Positions 53,663-64,000 of a stretch of 64,000 nucleotides of DNA are shown in pieces. Positions within the stretch are counted from its first letter, which is position 1. Each line of letters begins with the position of its first letter. Source of the DNA: Camelus ferus (taxonomy: Eukaryota); the NCBI RefSeq assembly GCF_009834535.1, contig NC_045696.1, positions 25,856,001 through 25,920,000 on the forward strand, written 5' to 3'. The notes under the pieces are model-generated. The model ran no database searches. It saw nothing but the letters and a program-made list of their open reading frames with translations, and had not been told where the DNA came from. Position numbers and translations under genes: made by a program.

Positions 53663-54086
53663 TGTATTAATTTCTTAGGGATGCCATAACAAGTACCACA
53701 AATTTGGTGGCCTAAAAAAACCAGAAATTTGTTCTTTCAAGGCTCTAGAGGCTAGAAAATCAAGGTGTTGGCAGGCCATGCTCTGAAGGTTCTAGGGGAG
53801 AATCCTTTCTGGCTTCTTTCAGGGTCTGGTGGCTTCAGGCATTCCTTGGTGTACACAGCATAACTCCTATCTCTGCAACCGTCTTCACATAGCTGTCTTC
53901 TCGCTTTGATTTCCATGTCTGCATCCAAATTTCCCTCTTCTTTTAAGGACCCTAGCCATTGGATTAGGGTCCAACCTAATCCAGTATGAACTCGCCTTAA
54001 CTTGACTAAATGTGCGAAGACCCTACTTCCAAGCAAGCACACGTTCTGAGGTTCTGGATGGACATGAACTACTCAACCCAGTACCA
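53663..54086 (-). mobile_element. MaLR LTR, MLT1B/C-like
   Basis: tgtattaatttcttagggatgccataacaagtaccacaaa ... aatcaaggtgttggcaggcc ... cattggattagggtccaacctaatccagtatga. Confidence 0.88.
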
Positions 54087-54689
54087 AAACACGGAATAAT
54101 AAGTCAGAGCTTCTCTGTAGCCTGCGACAACCTGTATGTTGCCAGAACGAACTTAATTTCTTCCAAAAGCAGGGGGACCTCTGCAGGAGGTGGATATGGG
54201 GAATGGTAAATACGGCTGATCAACAAATATTGCCAGCTTCCTCTCATCCATGAAGGGGGAGTGTGGTGGGTGTTGTGTCTTGCTTTGGCAATAAAATATA
54301 ACAAATAGTGTAATTTGTTTCCAGCCAGAGAATTTAAAGCCATATTCTGCTTTTCTGTTTGTTCAGAAAGTGAGTGCTCCAGCAACCTAGATTCTGGAGT
54401 GAGGATGACGCAGTCTCCGACAGACTCACAAAATAGCAAGAAATAACCCTCATTGCTTGAGACTCAGAAATTGTCTGTATTTGTAGAATATGCATTCTTA
54501 ATAGCAGTGATGTGGAATTGCTTTGGGGGGCAAAAAATTCTTACTCTTTTTATGCATAAAGTACACACATACATACGGTGCATAAGCACATGTACAGTAT
54601 CTCTGGTATTAAATTCCATGGGGAACTGATTAGGACAAAAGTATCTAAAAATGCACCTTATGAAAAAAAATCTAGTCTGTCCTGGGTGA

Positions 54690-54905
54690 TACCATAGGCT
54701 TTGTTGAAACTAGGTATGAGTCTCAGCTCAAATTATGACACTTTCAAAGTTTCTTCATTAATTTGAACTTTCCTTAACTACTCTGAACGATGGGGCTAAA
54801 AATAATACCATTGTCCTACGCTTTGTGGTAATTAAATAAGACAATCAATACAAAAGACTTACTGCAGCGCTTCCCACATAGTCATTGTTTTTAAAAGTTA
54901 GTTAT
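54690..54905 (+). mobile_element. MIR
   Basis: taggtatgagtctcagctc ... cttaactactctgaac ... atggggctaaaaataatacc ... cacatagt. Confidence 0.6.
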
Positions 54906-55129
54906 TTTTATATTAGTCATGGTTCAATGTCCTGGAAAGAAATATATCACCACATTTCCATTTAAACTTTAGGCAATATTCAAAGCAGCTTATTACATTT
55001 GTCAGAATAGCCTAAGTGCGAAAACAAAGAATACTAAAACTTTAATAATTTAACACATTACAAGTTATTTGCTCAAATCAGCATAAAGCATTTGGGAGAG
55101 AGTGAGATCATTTGCTCTCCACACTCATT

Positions 55130-55393
55130 CTGGGACTCATTTATTCCATCTGGTGGCTTGCTTTTTTCCACAGGGTTTGACCATCCAATGAATGATAGAA
55201 TAGTTAGAGTGCCTGGGGTGCTGTGGGAGGTCTCTTAGAGGCCAGTCTCAGAAGTGCCTGCATATCACTGGCCACATCTCAGTCACATGATCTAACCTAC
55301 CTGCAAGGGAGGCTAGGAAATTTAGCCACCCTCTTTGTGGAAGAAAGACAGAAAATGATTCAGGGTTAACATACAGCATTGTCTCTGCCACTA
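55130..55393 (-). mobile_element. Old MaLR LTR fragment, MLT1J/K/L-like
   Basis: cagtcacatgatctaacctacctgcaagggaggctaggaaa ... gtctctgccac. Confidence 0.7.
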
Positions 55394-55484
55394 TATGGAG
55401 ATTCATCAGTACACTCCAAGCACTCTAAGTGTTGGAAACCAATTATGATATTCTTTCAAAGCATCATTCATATACCCTTCTGAG

Positions 55485-55612
55485 TAGGCACTATTTTCAT
55501 CTTTGTTTTATTGCTAAGGCAATTGTTAACATTACAGTGCAAGTAGTAGAACCAGATTAGAACCCAGATCTGCTTGTTCCAGAGCTCTGGCTTGTAGCCA
55601 GCATGCTCTATA
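55485..55612 (-). mobile_element. MIR
   Basis: gtagaaccagattagaacccagatctgcttgttccagagctc. Confidence 0.6.
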
Positions 55613-58439
55613 GTTTCCTCAATTAGGCACTCATTCACCATTCCTTCTCCTCCCAGAGATAATAGTAAGTAGAAATGCTACTTCACAGTTAGATTGGAGA
55701 AGCTAAACTTTTCCCAATAACAAGTGAATGGTTTACTTAAGAATATTCTAAAATACTTAGAAGTCTTAAAATGTTTTAATCTCTTTTTTGATAATTTAAA
55801 CATGATTCAGAAGCAAGGATGGAAAATAGACTCCCACAACTCCTGTAAATGTTCCTCTAGCTTTGTGATATAATATCTATTTAATGTGTGTGTTTGGTGG
55901 GAAGTGGGGAAGGGAGAAATAAAATAATAAGTAAATAGTAACCTGGACTTAAGCCAGCTGTAGAGATAAGATTGGAAAAAAAAAATCTCTCAATGCTCAT
56001 CATGCTGCATAATTTTCATTGACCCTGTCTACAGCAATCAGTTCCTCAAACACTCATATTTGCCAGATCACCAAAGGAAAAGATCATAGATAAGTAGTCT
56101 CCAGAAAATGAGGCAATAAAGAACAGAGATTTGATGAAACTTTTCTCTCACTGTTAAAAACTATAAATTAATTTAGATGCTCAATGTGTCTTAGACACAA
56201 TGTAAACAAATTTAAGTTTTATATTCCTACTATGTATAAAGAGCTAGTCATTGAAAATAAAGAAAGTATATTAAAAATAAAATCAAGCCAGTGTGTTAGG
56301 AGGACCATACAATTTGTTTCATTATGTCAAAAACTGCACTAGCGTTTTTCAATCTTAACTCTTTGATTTTTGATTCTTTTGCATTAGTATTAGTATATAA
56401 TGGAAAAGCTGAAATTACTCAGAGAACAAAAAATCACTTACTCCTACACTGTTTTTTGCTAAATAAGAAATTAATCAGTAGAAACTGCTTAGCAGAGACT
56501 TTTCATCCAGACTGAAATATTTTGATATGAAATAGTTTATATGTCATATTATTTCTTCATTTGCAGGTTTGTTTCTAAATTGGAACATGACAATTTCTTC
56601 CATATATTTCACTTTATCACTTTACCAAGAGAATGTGTATTTATATCTCTAACTTTTTAAAGCAAAATTATATTACCCAGACTCCCTGCTGGCTTCTAGC
56701 AACTAAAAACTTAGTATTCTTTGTAAAAGGACTTCAAGTACTCCACAGGCAGTCAGAAGTTATTTTATTAGGCAGAAATAAGATAATTTGGATATTGGAA
56801 GAAAATCAGGATCTGCTCCCAGATTAGTTTTTATATATGACAGAACCATAGGCAGTTCAATTGGATTACATTGGCCCTTGGATTAATTCCATGATATGAT
56901 TGTAAGGGAGAATAAGAAACTTCTTTCGAATTTGAAGAATCCATTACTAAATAGTCTAAAAGCCAATTCAGTGAGTGGATAGCTGTAAAAATTTGGTACC
57001 CGGAGTTCTGATGAATCTTTCCCTAAGTCTTTGACAATCCCTTCTTCTTAAGAACAACAAAAATTCTGTTTTGGATTAAAAAAAAATCCATATCCTATAA
57101 GGATTACAATTATGTGTTGCTAAAATTCAATTATACAAAGCCCAGATTGGAGCAGATGGACTTGGAATAGTTTGGCAAAAAATCAAAGGGATTTCCTTGG
57201 GTTCATGATGTTGTGCTGTAAAAATAGCAAAAAATGTATTATTTAACATCATTGAAATTAGGCTGTGTACTAAAATAAGAACTCGAGAGCTTTAGAGATG
57301 ATAGAATAATGAGCAGAGACCATGCTCAGATAGGAAGCCTAGCCTGTCATGAACAGAGGCTGCAAACGTAGAGTTGCACCTCTAAATAATTTGTATCTTT
57401 GTAAGATTGACAGTTTTGCTTATTTTAAAAATACTTTCCTAATCTAGATGAGAGGTTATCTTCCCCACCAAAGAGCTACTTTTTAATTTACAGCCAACGT
57501 TGAGGTTTCACAGATTACTTAAATGAAGGGAGGGGGAAAATGGACAACCTCAGAATGAGGAAGCCTGACATTATGGAGATAAAAATCTCAGTGAACGCTA
57601 GAGTTTTTTTAAATTCCCAATTTTAAGGTATACGCCCTAAGAAATTATGCCCTGATATTATTTCTTACTTACTCTATATTTTATTTATTCAAAAGCTATG
57701 TTAAATTTGAAAGTATCACTGAACTTTTCAATCAAGATATAAATTTTTTTCCAAATTGGTTTTAATTCTAAAAAAACCCTTCTTGACCACGAGTGATGAT
57801 ATTTGGCAGAAAACACTTTATGTGAAATATTGCTACATTTCAGTCAACATAAATCTCAGATCCCTATAAAATTGGAATATTTTAATAGCTCCATGTAATG
57901 TACCAAAATTACTAATCATAGATAGATACACAGATAGGCAGACTTACTACATGCAGAGAAATATTAGTGAATACTTGAAAATGAACTGATTGAAATCAGA
58001 ACATATTTCAGAAGAACAATATGCAATTTATCTTGGCTCCCTCAAATCATTTTGAAACAAGTTGGAACCTAATAAAAAAATAACCTAAGAGCAAATGAGT
58101 CATCCTTCTCTGATCTGGATTTTTAACGCTTCACTTATTTTAATTGTCCTGTGTCCTTTTGTAGATAATAACCCATACATTTCATCTAAATGTGGTGTTT
58201 CTGTATAGTGTGGTAAGACAATCTTATACAGAAAAATTCAAACTGAACTGATAACTGATGATGGGCTTTTGGCTGTAAAACGATTGTTCAGTTTTGGAAA
58301 CAAGAACCGATCATGTATTTCTGTATGTTTTGGTGTACTAGATCTTTGATCAATCAAAGCAATTTATTAGGGTGTTTCAGTATGTCTATAATGTGGAAGA
58401 TGTTTTTTAAAACAATCCAGATCAGAGAAGCATAGTCTA

Positions 58440-58655
58440 ACAGTTAGGAGCATAGATTTTGTAGAGATATCTGGATTCAAAGGTAAAGTGCATTTTTTAT
58501 TAATTTGGGTTAGATATCTAACCTTCAGTTTTCTCACCTTTACAATGGGAATAATATCGACCACATAAGGCTCTTACAGGATTTAAATGATATAATGAAG
58601 TTTTAAAAACTTGAACAATTCCTGACATATAGCAAGTGTTCACCACATTGTAGTA
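58440..58655 (+). mobile_element. MIR
   Basis: ttcagttttctcacctttacaatgggaataata ... aggatttaaatgatataatg ... cctgacatatagcaagtgttca. Confidence 0.75.
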
Positions 58656-60974
58656 GATGCTAACTTTTTTTTTTATCATGGATCAGTTGATTTGCCTATG
58701 TATATCACCTTGCAACTATAATGATAGTATGTTAGAGAGAGTAAAAAAAAAAAAAGGAATTTTTTTTTTCAAATTATACCACATCCTTGGGGAATATGAT
58801 ACTGACAAGAAATATTTAATATTTTATATCTTATATTGTACAGACTGCCTTCAGATAAGTATTTTGTGGTTCTCCAGGAATGTCAACTCAGAAGTGCAGT
58901 CACAGAGGCCATTTGATCACCTTACCCAAATTAGGGTTGATTATAGTCTCTGACACACAGTTGTCTTTAGGTGTATTAAAATATATATTTATCTGGTAGG
59001 AACATTTTGAGCACATAATAATACCATTCCAAGTTTTACATAAAAGGAGCCTAGATTTCCATGTACATTTCTCTGTTCAGCTGCTTGTTTGGAGAAGGAA
59101 AAACAACTGGTATTTGGAAAGATATTGAAGGCACGTGTGCCCATTTAATTTTCTGTATCTTAAACCTTCTGATTTGGTGGAGGGGTTCATTGTTCTAAGC
59201 CATTTCTAGCTTTGTCTTAATGAAAATCTAAAAGAAATTTTCTTAGCTAAAGCACTGATAAAATTGATTTCCAACTTCTACTAGAATGTTCAGGTTTTTA
59301 AAAGATTTTCTTTTTAGAAAAACTTGGAGTGAGAAATCCATTTCTTCCATAGACAATGCTCACTAAAAGTGTGTTAAATTTAATTGAAATACAAACTTTT
59401 CTCTAATACAGACTTTATCAAACCTCCCAGAAGGTGGTGTCTTTGTTCCCCTCGGACTCACTGTTGTTCATATTACAATTCTGTCTGTAGACTCTAATAG
59501 TAACTGTTAGTGTGAGAGTTCTGGTCATAATCTTGACATCACTTGGTATGAGATTCTTATATGTAAAGCCATCAATTTTCCTTGCTCACATTTTGTAGCA
59601 AATGAGATACTGACAAAGTACTCTTTTTTAAACATCATTTATGAACATACCCTCAAGACAAACAGAAAACATAGACCCCCAAATTCCTTTGTCATAGATA
59701 TTATCACATAATGTAGGTAATATATGGCAAAAAGGTGGCACCAGACTGAAATCACTCGTCTGCTTTGTCAGTTTTAGTGGGTAAAGCATGAATGCAAAAC
59801 GATGATGCTTGGCCCAAAATGTCAAATAAATATAACCAAAGACATGTCTATTAAATAAACCTTTTCTCTGTATGAGGCCATTTGTCATACTCTATACTAG
59901 GACGCCTTTCTGTGAGATATGAAGCAACATTTTTCTGCCCTAGAGGACAACAGCAATTGCTAGGTCATTCTCCTCTAACCTAACTCCCTGTTTCCCACAC
60001 ACACCCTACACCCACGCTTTCTGCCTCTGATTGTATAGCTCACCTAAGAAAAGGCATCTGTAGATGGTGAATCTAACAAATATGAGGTCGAATCTATCTT
60101 TTGCCTATCAATAAATGAATTGCCATGAGAAAGTTCTTCCAGATGAAATGTTCCAATATCTTCCTTTCTGAGATCTATCTTAAAATTAAAGTGCTTTAAG
60201 TCTTTATGATTTGTTAATTTCTGCATTATTATTAGGGAAACTTTTCCTTTCAGAATATTTCTTATTGTACCCATGTAAGGAAATCTGACTGAGATAGAGA
60301 CTTGGAGTGGGAGGTGGTGATGGTGGTACATTATTTAGAAAAATGAAGTAGACTTTGTAATCCCTACTCTAAACCTAGTCAGAATGTTTAAAATGGAAAT
60401 TTTAAAGATTTACCAAGTATTTAGCAGTATTAAAGATAGCCAAGAGAGATGTTAATTCAATGAAATTTGGGGTTTACCATGACCACCATAACCTAAGTTA
60501 GACTTGGCCCTTTGGGGGAAAAAATCATGTGAAATTTAGTCATTTTTTTTCCCCACAGAGTGGTAAAAGAATAATACATTCAGAATCATTACTCTGGGAA
60601 TTCAAGTGATTTAACTTCAGCACACTGAAACATTTTTTTTTAAACAACTAAATAATGTAGATCACAAATGTGCTGAAATTACTTTTAATGCTTCACAAGA
60701 AGAGTGGCATGTTTTATTTTTTTTCAAGACTATTTCATTACCACAATTTTCAAGCATGAAGAGGTGCCATTAAAAACTCTCCTAATTACTTGAGTGCCAC
60801 TGACCATTTTTTTGAACCACGCAGTATCACGTCCATAATAGGCAAGGAAGAGCTAAGTTAAGTGGTTTAACACCGAAATGTACCACCAAACAAAGGCTCT
60901 TCTTCAAACTGCTTCACAAGGCCACAAACGAAAAGAATCTTTTCTAATATTTTCCAGTAGGGGGAACTAAAGGC

Positions 60975-61125
60975 TCACCATCGAGCTTTTAGCTCGGCTC
61001 GGAACCTGCGTGAGTCCTCATAACCCGCCTTGTAATCATCCGAACAAGCATCAAACAGCTACCAGTGAGCCTGTGATCACACGTGGGCCCGGCCACACCG
61101 GTCACACCGGCGGCACCCCAGACAC
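60975..61125. promoter_or_regulatory. Small upstream CpG cluster with E-box
   Basis: Local CpG retention, CACGTG at 61080-61085 and a tandem cacaccgg motif, about 0.8 kb upstream of the main island. Confidence 0.45.
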
Positions 61126-61879
61126 TAGCATCCCTGTGATCTAACTTGGCCTTCGTTAATCATCCCCAGTCCTGAATGGCATTCAGTTGGTGGGTTCTGC
61201 CTTAATATTCAGGATTTTTGTCATCTTTGGGCTGGGATTCGGCTGTTTTTGAGCTTCTGTTAGCTCAGTTGGGTTTTCAGCTTTCCCCAATCCCTGTATT
61301 TTCCGCATTTCCTTTCAGAAGTACTAGTCTCTGGAGGGTAAGGACTTCGGGTACCGCCCAAGCTCCCTGATCCCCTCTCTCCATCCTAAGCGTTGTCAGC
61401 TGAACTCCCTGGCATCCCACAATCCCACGTCAAACTTGTCTTTGAGGGGTCATAAGGCAACTGAGTAACAGAACGAGGGGATGCCACCCCTTCCCCTCCT
61501 CCTCCCCTCTCCGGGATTCCTCAGGGGGCCATAGATCTTGGCTAAAACAAGCCAGAAGAGGCTAGAGATTTCTGCACACACACACCCCCGCCCCCATTCT
61601 TATTTCTTGAGCCTTTTAAACGAGCACCCCTACACAACCTTTCCGCTCCAAAAGGTGGTTATATTGTTTCCTTTCCTTTTTTCCCTCCCGCTCAGCTTCT
61701 CATTCTGCTAAAAGATGAAGAGTGAATGTTTGTGTGATTTTAACGGGTAATGAGGCTGCGCCCTGGGTCCTGGAGGATGATCTTTTTCCAGAAAGCGCGT
61801 GCATCTCCGGCAGACGGAGGGATGAATAATTAGGAAGGGCTTCCATGAAATCACTCACTGAGAAAATTACCTGCCCATT

Positions 61880-62770
61880 AAATGGGACGCGGCGAGGAGC
61901 AGGAGGCTAGAGCCCACCTATCCCCTCCAGAGGCGGGAAGGAGGGGGAACCGGGAGGCGTAGAGAAGGGGAAGGAGTTGACCGGCGGCCTCGGCTCCGAA
62001 TTTGTTAATTTCCGTCCCGCTAGGACTCTCCCCTTTCCAGCTCCCCTGCACCCCCACCGCCCAGCAGGCTAGCGCCCCCTGCGCGGGCGGGTGGTAGAGT
62101 GTGGAGGTGGAGGATCTGTGCACCCCTTCATCCCCCCCCCCCCCAACGGCAGACTCCAAGCTGCTTTCATTTCTCCCCTCCCCTCCCGCCTCCTCGCCTT
62201 CCCTCCTCTAAGTCCTTCCACCCGCGGCTGCTGCAGGAGGAGACGGACGCTCTGCTGCGGGGCCGCGGGAGCAGCGGTAGCGGCGGCGGCCGGACCAGGG
62301 GGACTGGCGGCTAGACCCGGGCGGGCGGCCGGACCGCGCGCTCCCTTTCTCTCCCGCTGCCGGGCTCCTGGGCTCACCGCCCGGCTCCGCTCTCGCCCGC
62401 AGCTGCCCGGGTTCACAGTCTCTGGGAGGCGGCACCGCGGGGGGTGGCCGCAGCCTCAGCCCTGCCCCTCCCTCCTTCCCTCCTTCCCTCCCTCCCTGCA
62501 GCCCCACCACGTAGGAGTTGGGATTCTCCACCCGATTCGTCCCGATTTCCCTTTTGCCTCTCTTTTGGAAACGAGAGAGGTGGAGGGAGGCAACGAGGTT
62601 GCAAAGGAGAGGCCCGCCAAGTCGGCCCGCCTGCAAAGTGTTCCTTTGACACATCCTTATTATGGAAGTTAAGTGAAAAAACTCTGGACGTGGAGCAGCT
62701 ACCGAGACGGAGACCAAGGGAAAGAAAACCAGTAGGCAGGCCAATGTTTTTTCGGCAGCGCGCTGGCAAG
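61880..62770. promoter_or_regulatory. CpG island / ROBO2b promoter and start of the 5' UTR
   Basis: Abrupt rise in GC and CpG content (e.g. ggcggcggccggacc, ggaccgcgcgc) against a CpG-depleted background, about 0.4-1.3 kb upstream of the ROBO2 ATG. The exact TSS cannot be read from sequence. Confidence 0.9.
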
Positions 62771-63170
62771 TTTGTGGAACACTTTCTAGGAATTAGGTCT
62801 TTTTCTTCCCTTCTTGACTTCTGAAGAAAGAACTTGGCTTTGGATTGCCATGGAGCCTGAGGAGAGAGGGTTAGACACACTTGAATAATCCCTCCGGCTG
62901 GGCTGAATTCGTGGGAATTTAGGAAGCCAGAGTGTGGAAATACAGCAGCCTTTGGAGTGCCCTCTGTTAATTCGGATGGATCTAAATGTGCCCCATTCAA
63001 GACCTCTCCACTAACCTCTTCTGATCTTGCCATTTGCTCTTCTTGACTTTAATTAGCAGCTAGGAAAGTCTAAACTTTGGACCTACCTCTTTTTTTTGAT
63101 ACTTATTTTTGTACTTTTACTCTCTGGGATTGGTTTCTTGAACAATCTGGATCCTTTTTAATATGTCAAA

Positions 63171-63231
63171 ATGAGTCGGCTGATGTTTACACAACTACTG
63201 CTCTGTGGATTTTTATATATTCGGGTTGATG
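63171..63231 (+). CDS. ROBO2: ROBO2 (roundabout guidance receptor 2), first coding exon of the short ROBO2b isoform; signal peptide, gene continues beyond the window
   Basis: Translates as MSRLMFTQLLLCGFLYIRVD plus one G, followed by the donor GTAAGT at 63232 (phase 1). Closely matches the recalled human ROBO2b N-terminus MSLLMFTQLLLCGFLYVRVDG, and sits just downstream of a CpG island. Confidence 0.95.
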
Positions 63232-64000
63232 GTAAGTTAAAATGCTTTTATCCTGTTTTCCCTCCAAAAAACATTTCTTTCTGCTTTGGATGTGGGCTAT
63301 AAATAAAATGATAATTATGTCTGTTGGTCCCTTTTTGCCAGGCATGGGGCTTTTGGGGGGCAGAGGTTTTAAGTCTTTTGTTTCTAAACTACTGTAAGTG
63401 GAACATGTTAGGAGTCACCTATTGTTTAATTTACATAATTAGTTGAGGAGCTGGATAACAAATAATGGGCTCTCAGTTTTGTTAGAAAAATAAATTTGAA
63501 AGTAAACCTCTTGAACGAGTCTAGAACTCTTGGGCTTGCTCTCCGTTTGGGTTTGTTCTTGTGTCTGAACTTTCCTTGGCTTAGGAATTCAAGAGAAGTA
63601 ATAGACACCTCAGTGAAGGTACAATGGGTTGGGAATTTGAGACTGGGTATCTCAGAGATCAATGTGTATCACCTGCGTGCTGATGAGTGCTCTCCTAGAG
63701 TGAAATCAGAATGAAGAATTTAGATCATAGGGAGAAAACTGTCAAAAGTAAGACTGGGCGAGGCTCCAGGAAGGGGGAAGCAGAAGCTGTAGGCTGGCTG
63801 CGGGCACCGAACACTCAGCTCAGTCCCCAGTGGCAAACACAATGGGGATCTGAAACAGGTGCTGTTGGTGTCTCCCTCTAGGTTAAGTCAGTTTGTCAAG
63901 CAGACAGCATTCTGCCTCTGATTCTCCTGTCTTTTGTTCGGATTTCGTTTCCTGGGATATTTTCACAGGATGTCAGTTTTTTGTGGGAGGATTGCAAAAT
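63232..64000 (+). other. ROBO2: Start of ROBO2b intron 1
   Basis: Consensus donor G|GTAAGT directly after the signal-peptide codons; an in-frame stop follows immediately if unspliced. Confidence 0.9.

Noticed and set aside
61878..63033. Long overlapping ORFs (93-206 aa) on both strands of the CpG island
   Set aside because: Expected from stop-codon scarcity in GC-rich DNA; low-complexity G/R/A/P products, some with non-ATG starts, and no recognisable domain.
1..64000. CRISPR arrays, tRNA/rRNA/snRNA genes, NUMTs, processed pseudogenes, operon-like systems, additional ROBO2 coding exons
   Set aside because: None recognised by eye. The repeated segments are two-copy pairs, not regularly spaced arrays, and the DNA is clearly mammalian non-coding. 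Very degenerate relics or non-coding exons could have been missed.

Overview
AT-rich mammalian genomic DNA from a non-primate, non-rodent placental. The young L1 3' UTR looks camelid-like and I saw no Alu, B1, Bov-tA, PRE1 or CanSINE; this species call is from recall and tentative. About 61 kb is non-coding and holds L1, L2, MIR, MaLR/ERVL and ERV1 LTR relics. The window ends in a CpG-island promoter and the first coding exon of ROBO2 (short ROBO2b isoform; signal peptide MSRLMFTQLLLCGFLYIRVD-G at 63171-63231, + strand, donor GTAAGT). The rest is therefore ROBO2b upstream sequence, which in human lies inside the very large intron of ROBO2a. None of the supplied ORFs looks like a real gene; the L1 ORF2 fragments are disrupted. 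I found no evidence of a new coding system. The best observations are: (i) several short local direct duplications, one of them a copy of nearby unique DNA pasted into a young L1 with a reconstructable microhomology; (ii) a hairpin replacing a MIR core; (iii) a dense uORF set in the ROBO2b leader, including a stop-start overlap on the initiator ATG; (iv) two intact solo LTRs with 4-bp TSDs. Repeat subfamily names and boundaries were called by eye and are approximate.
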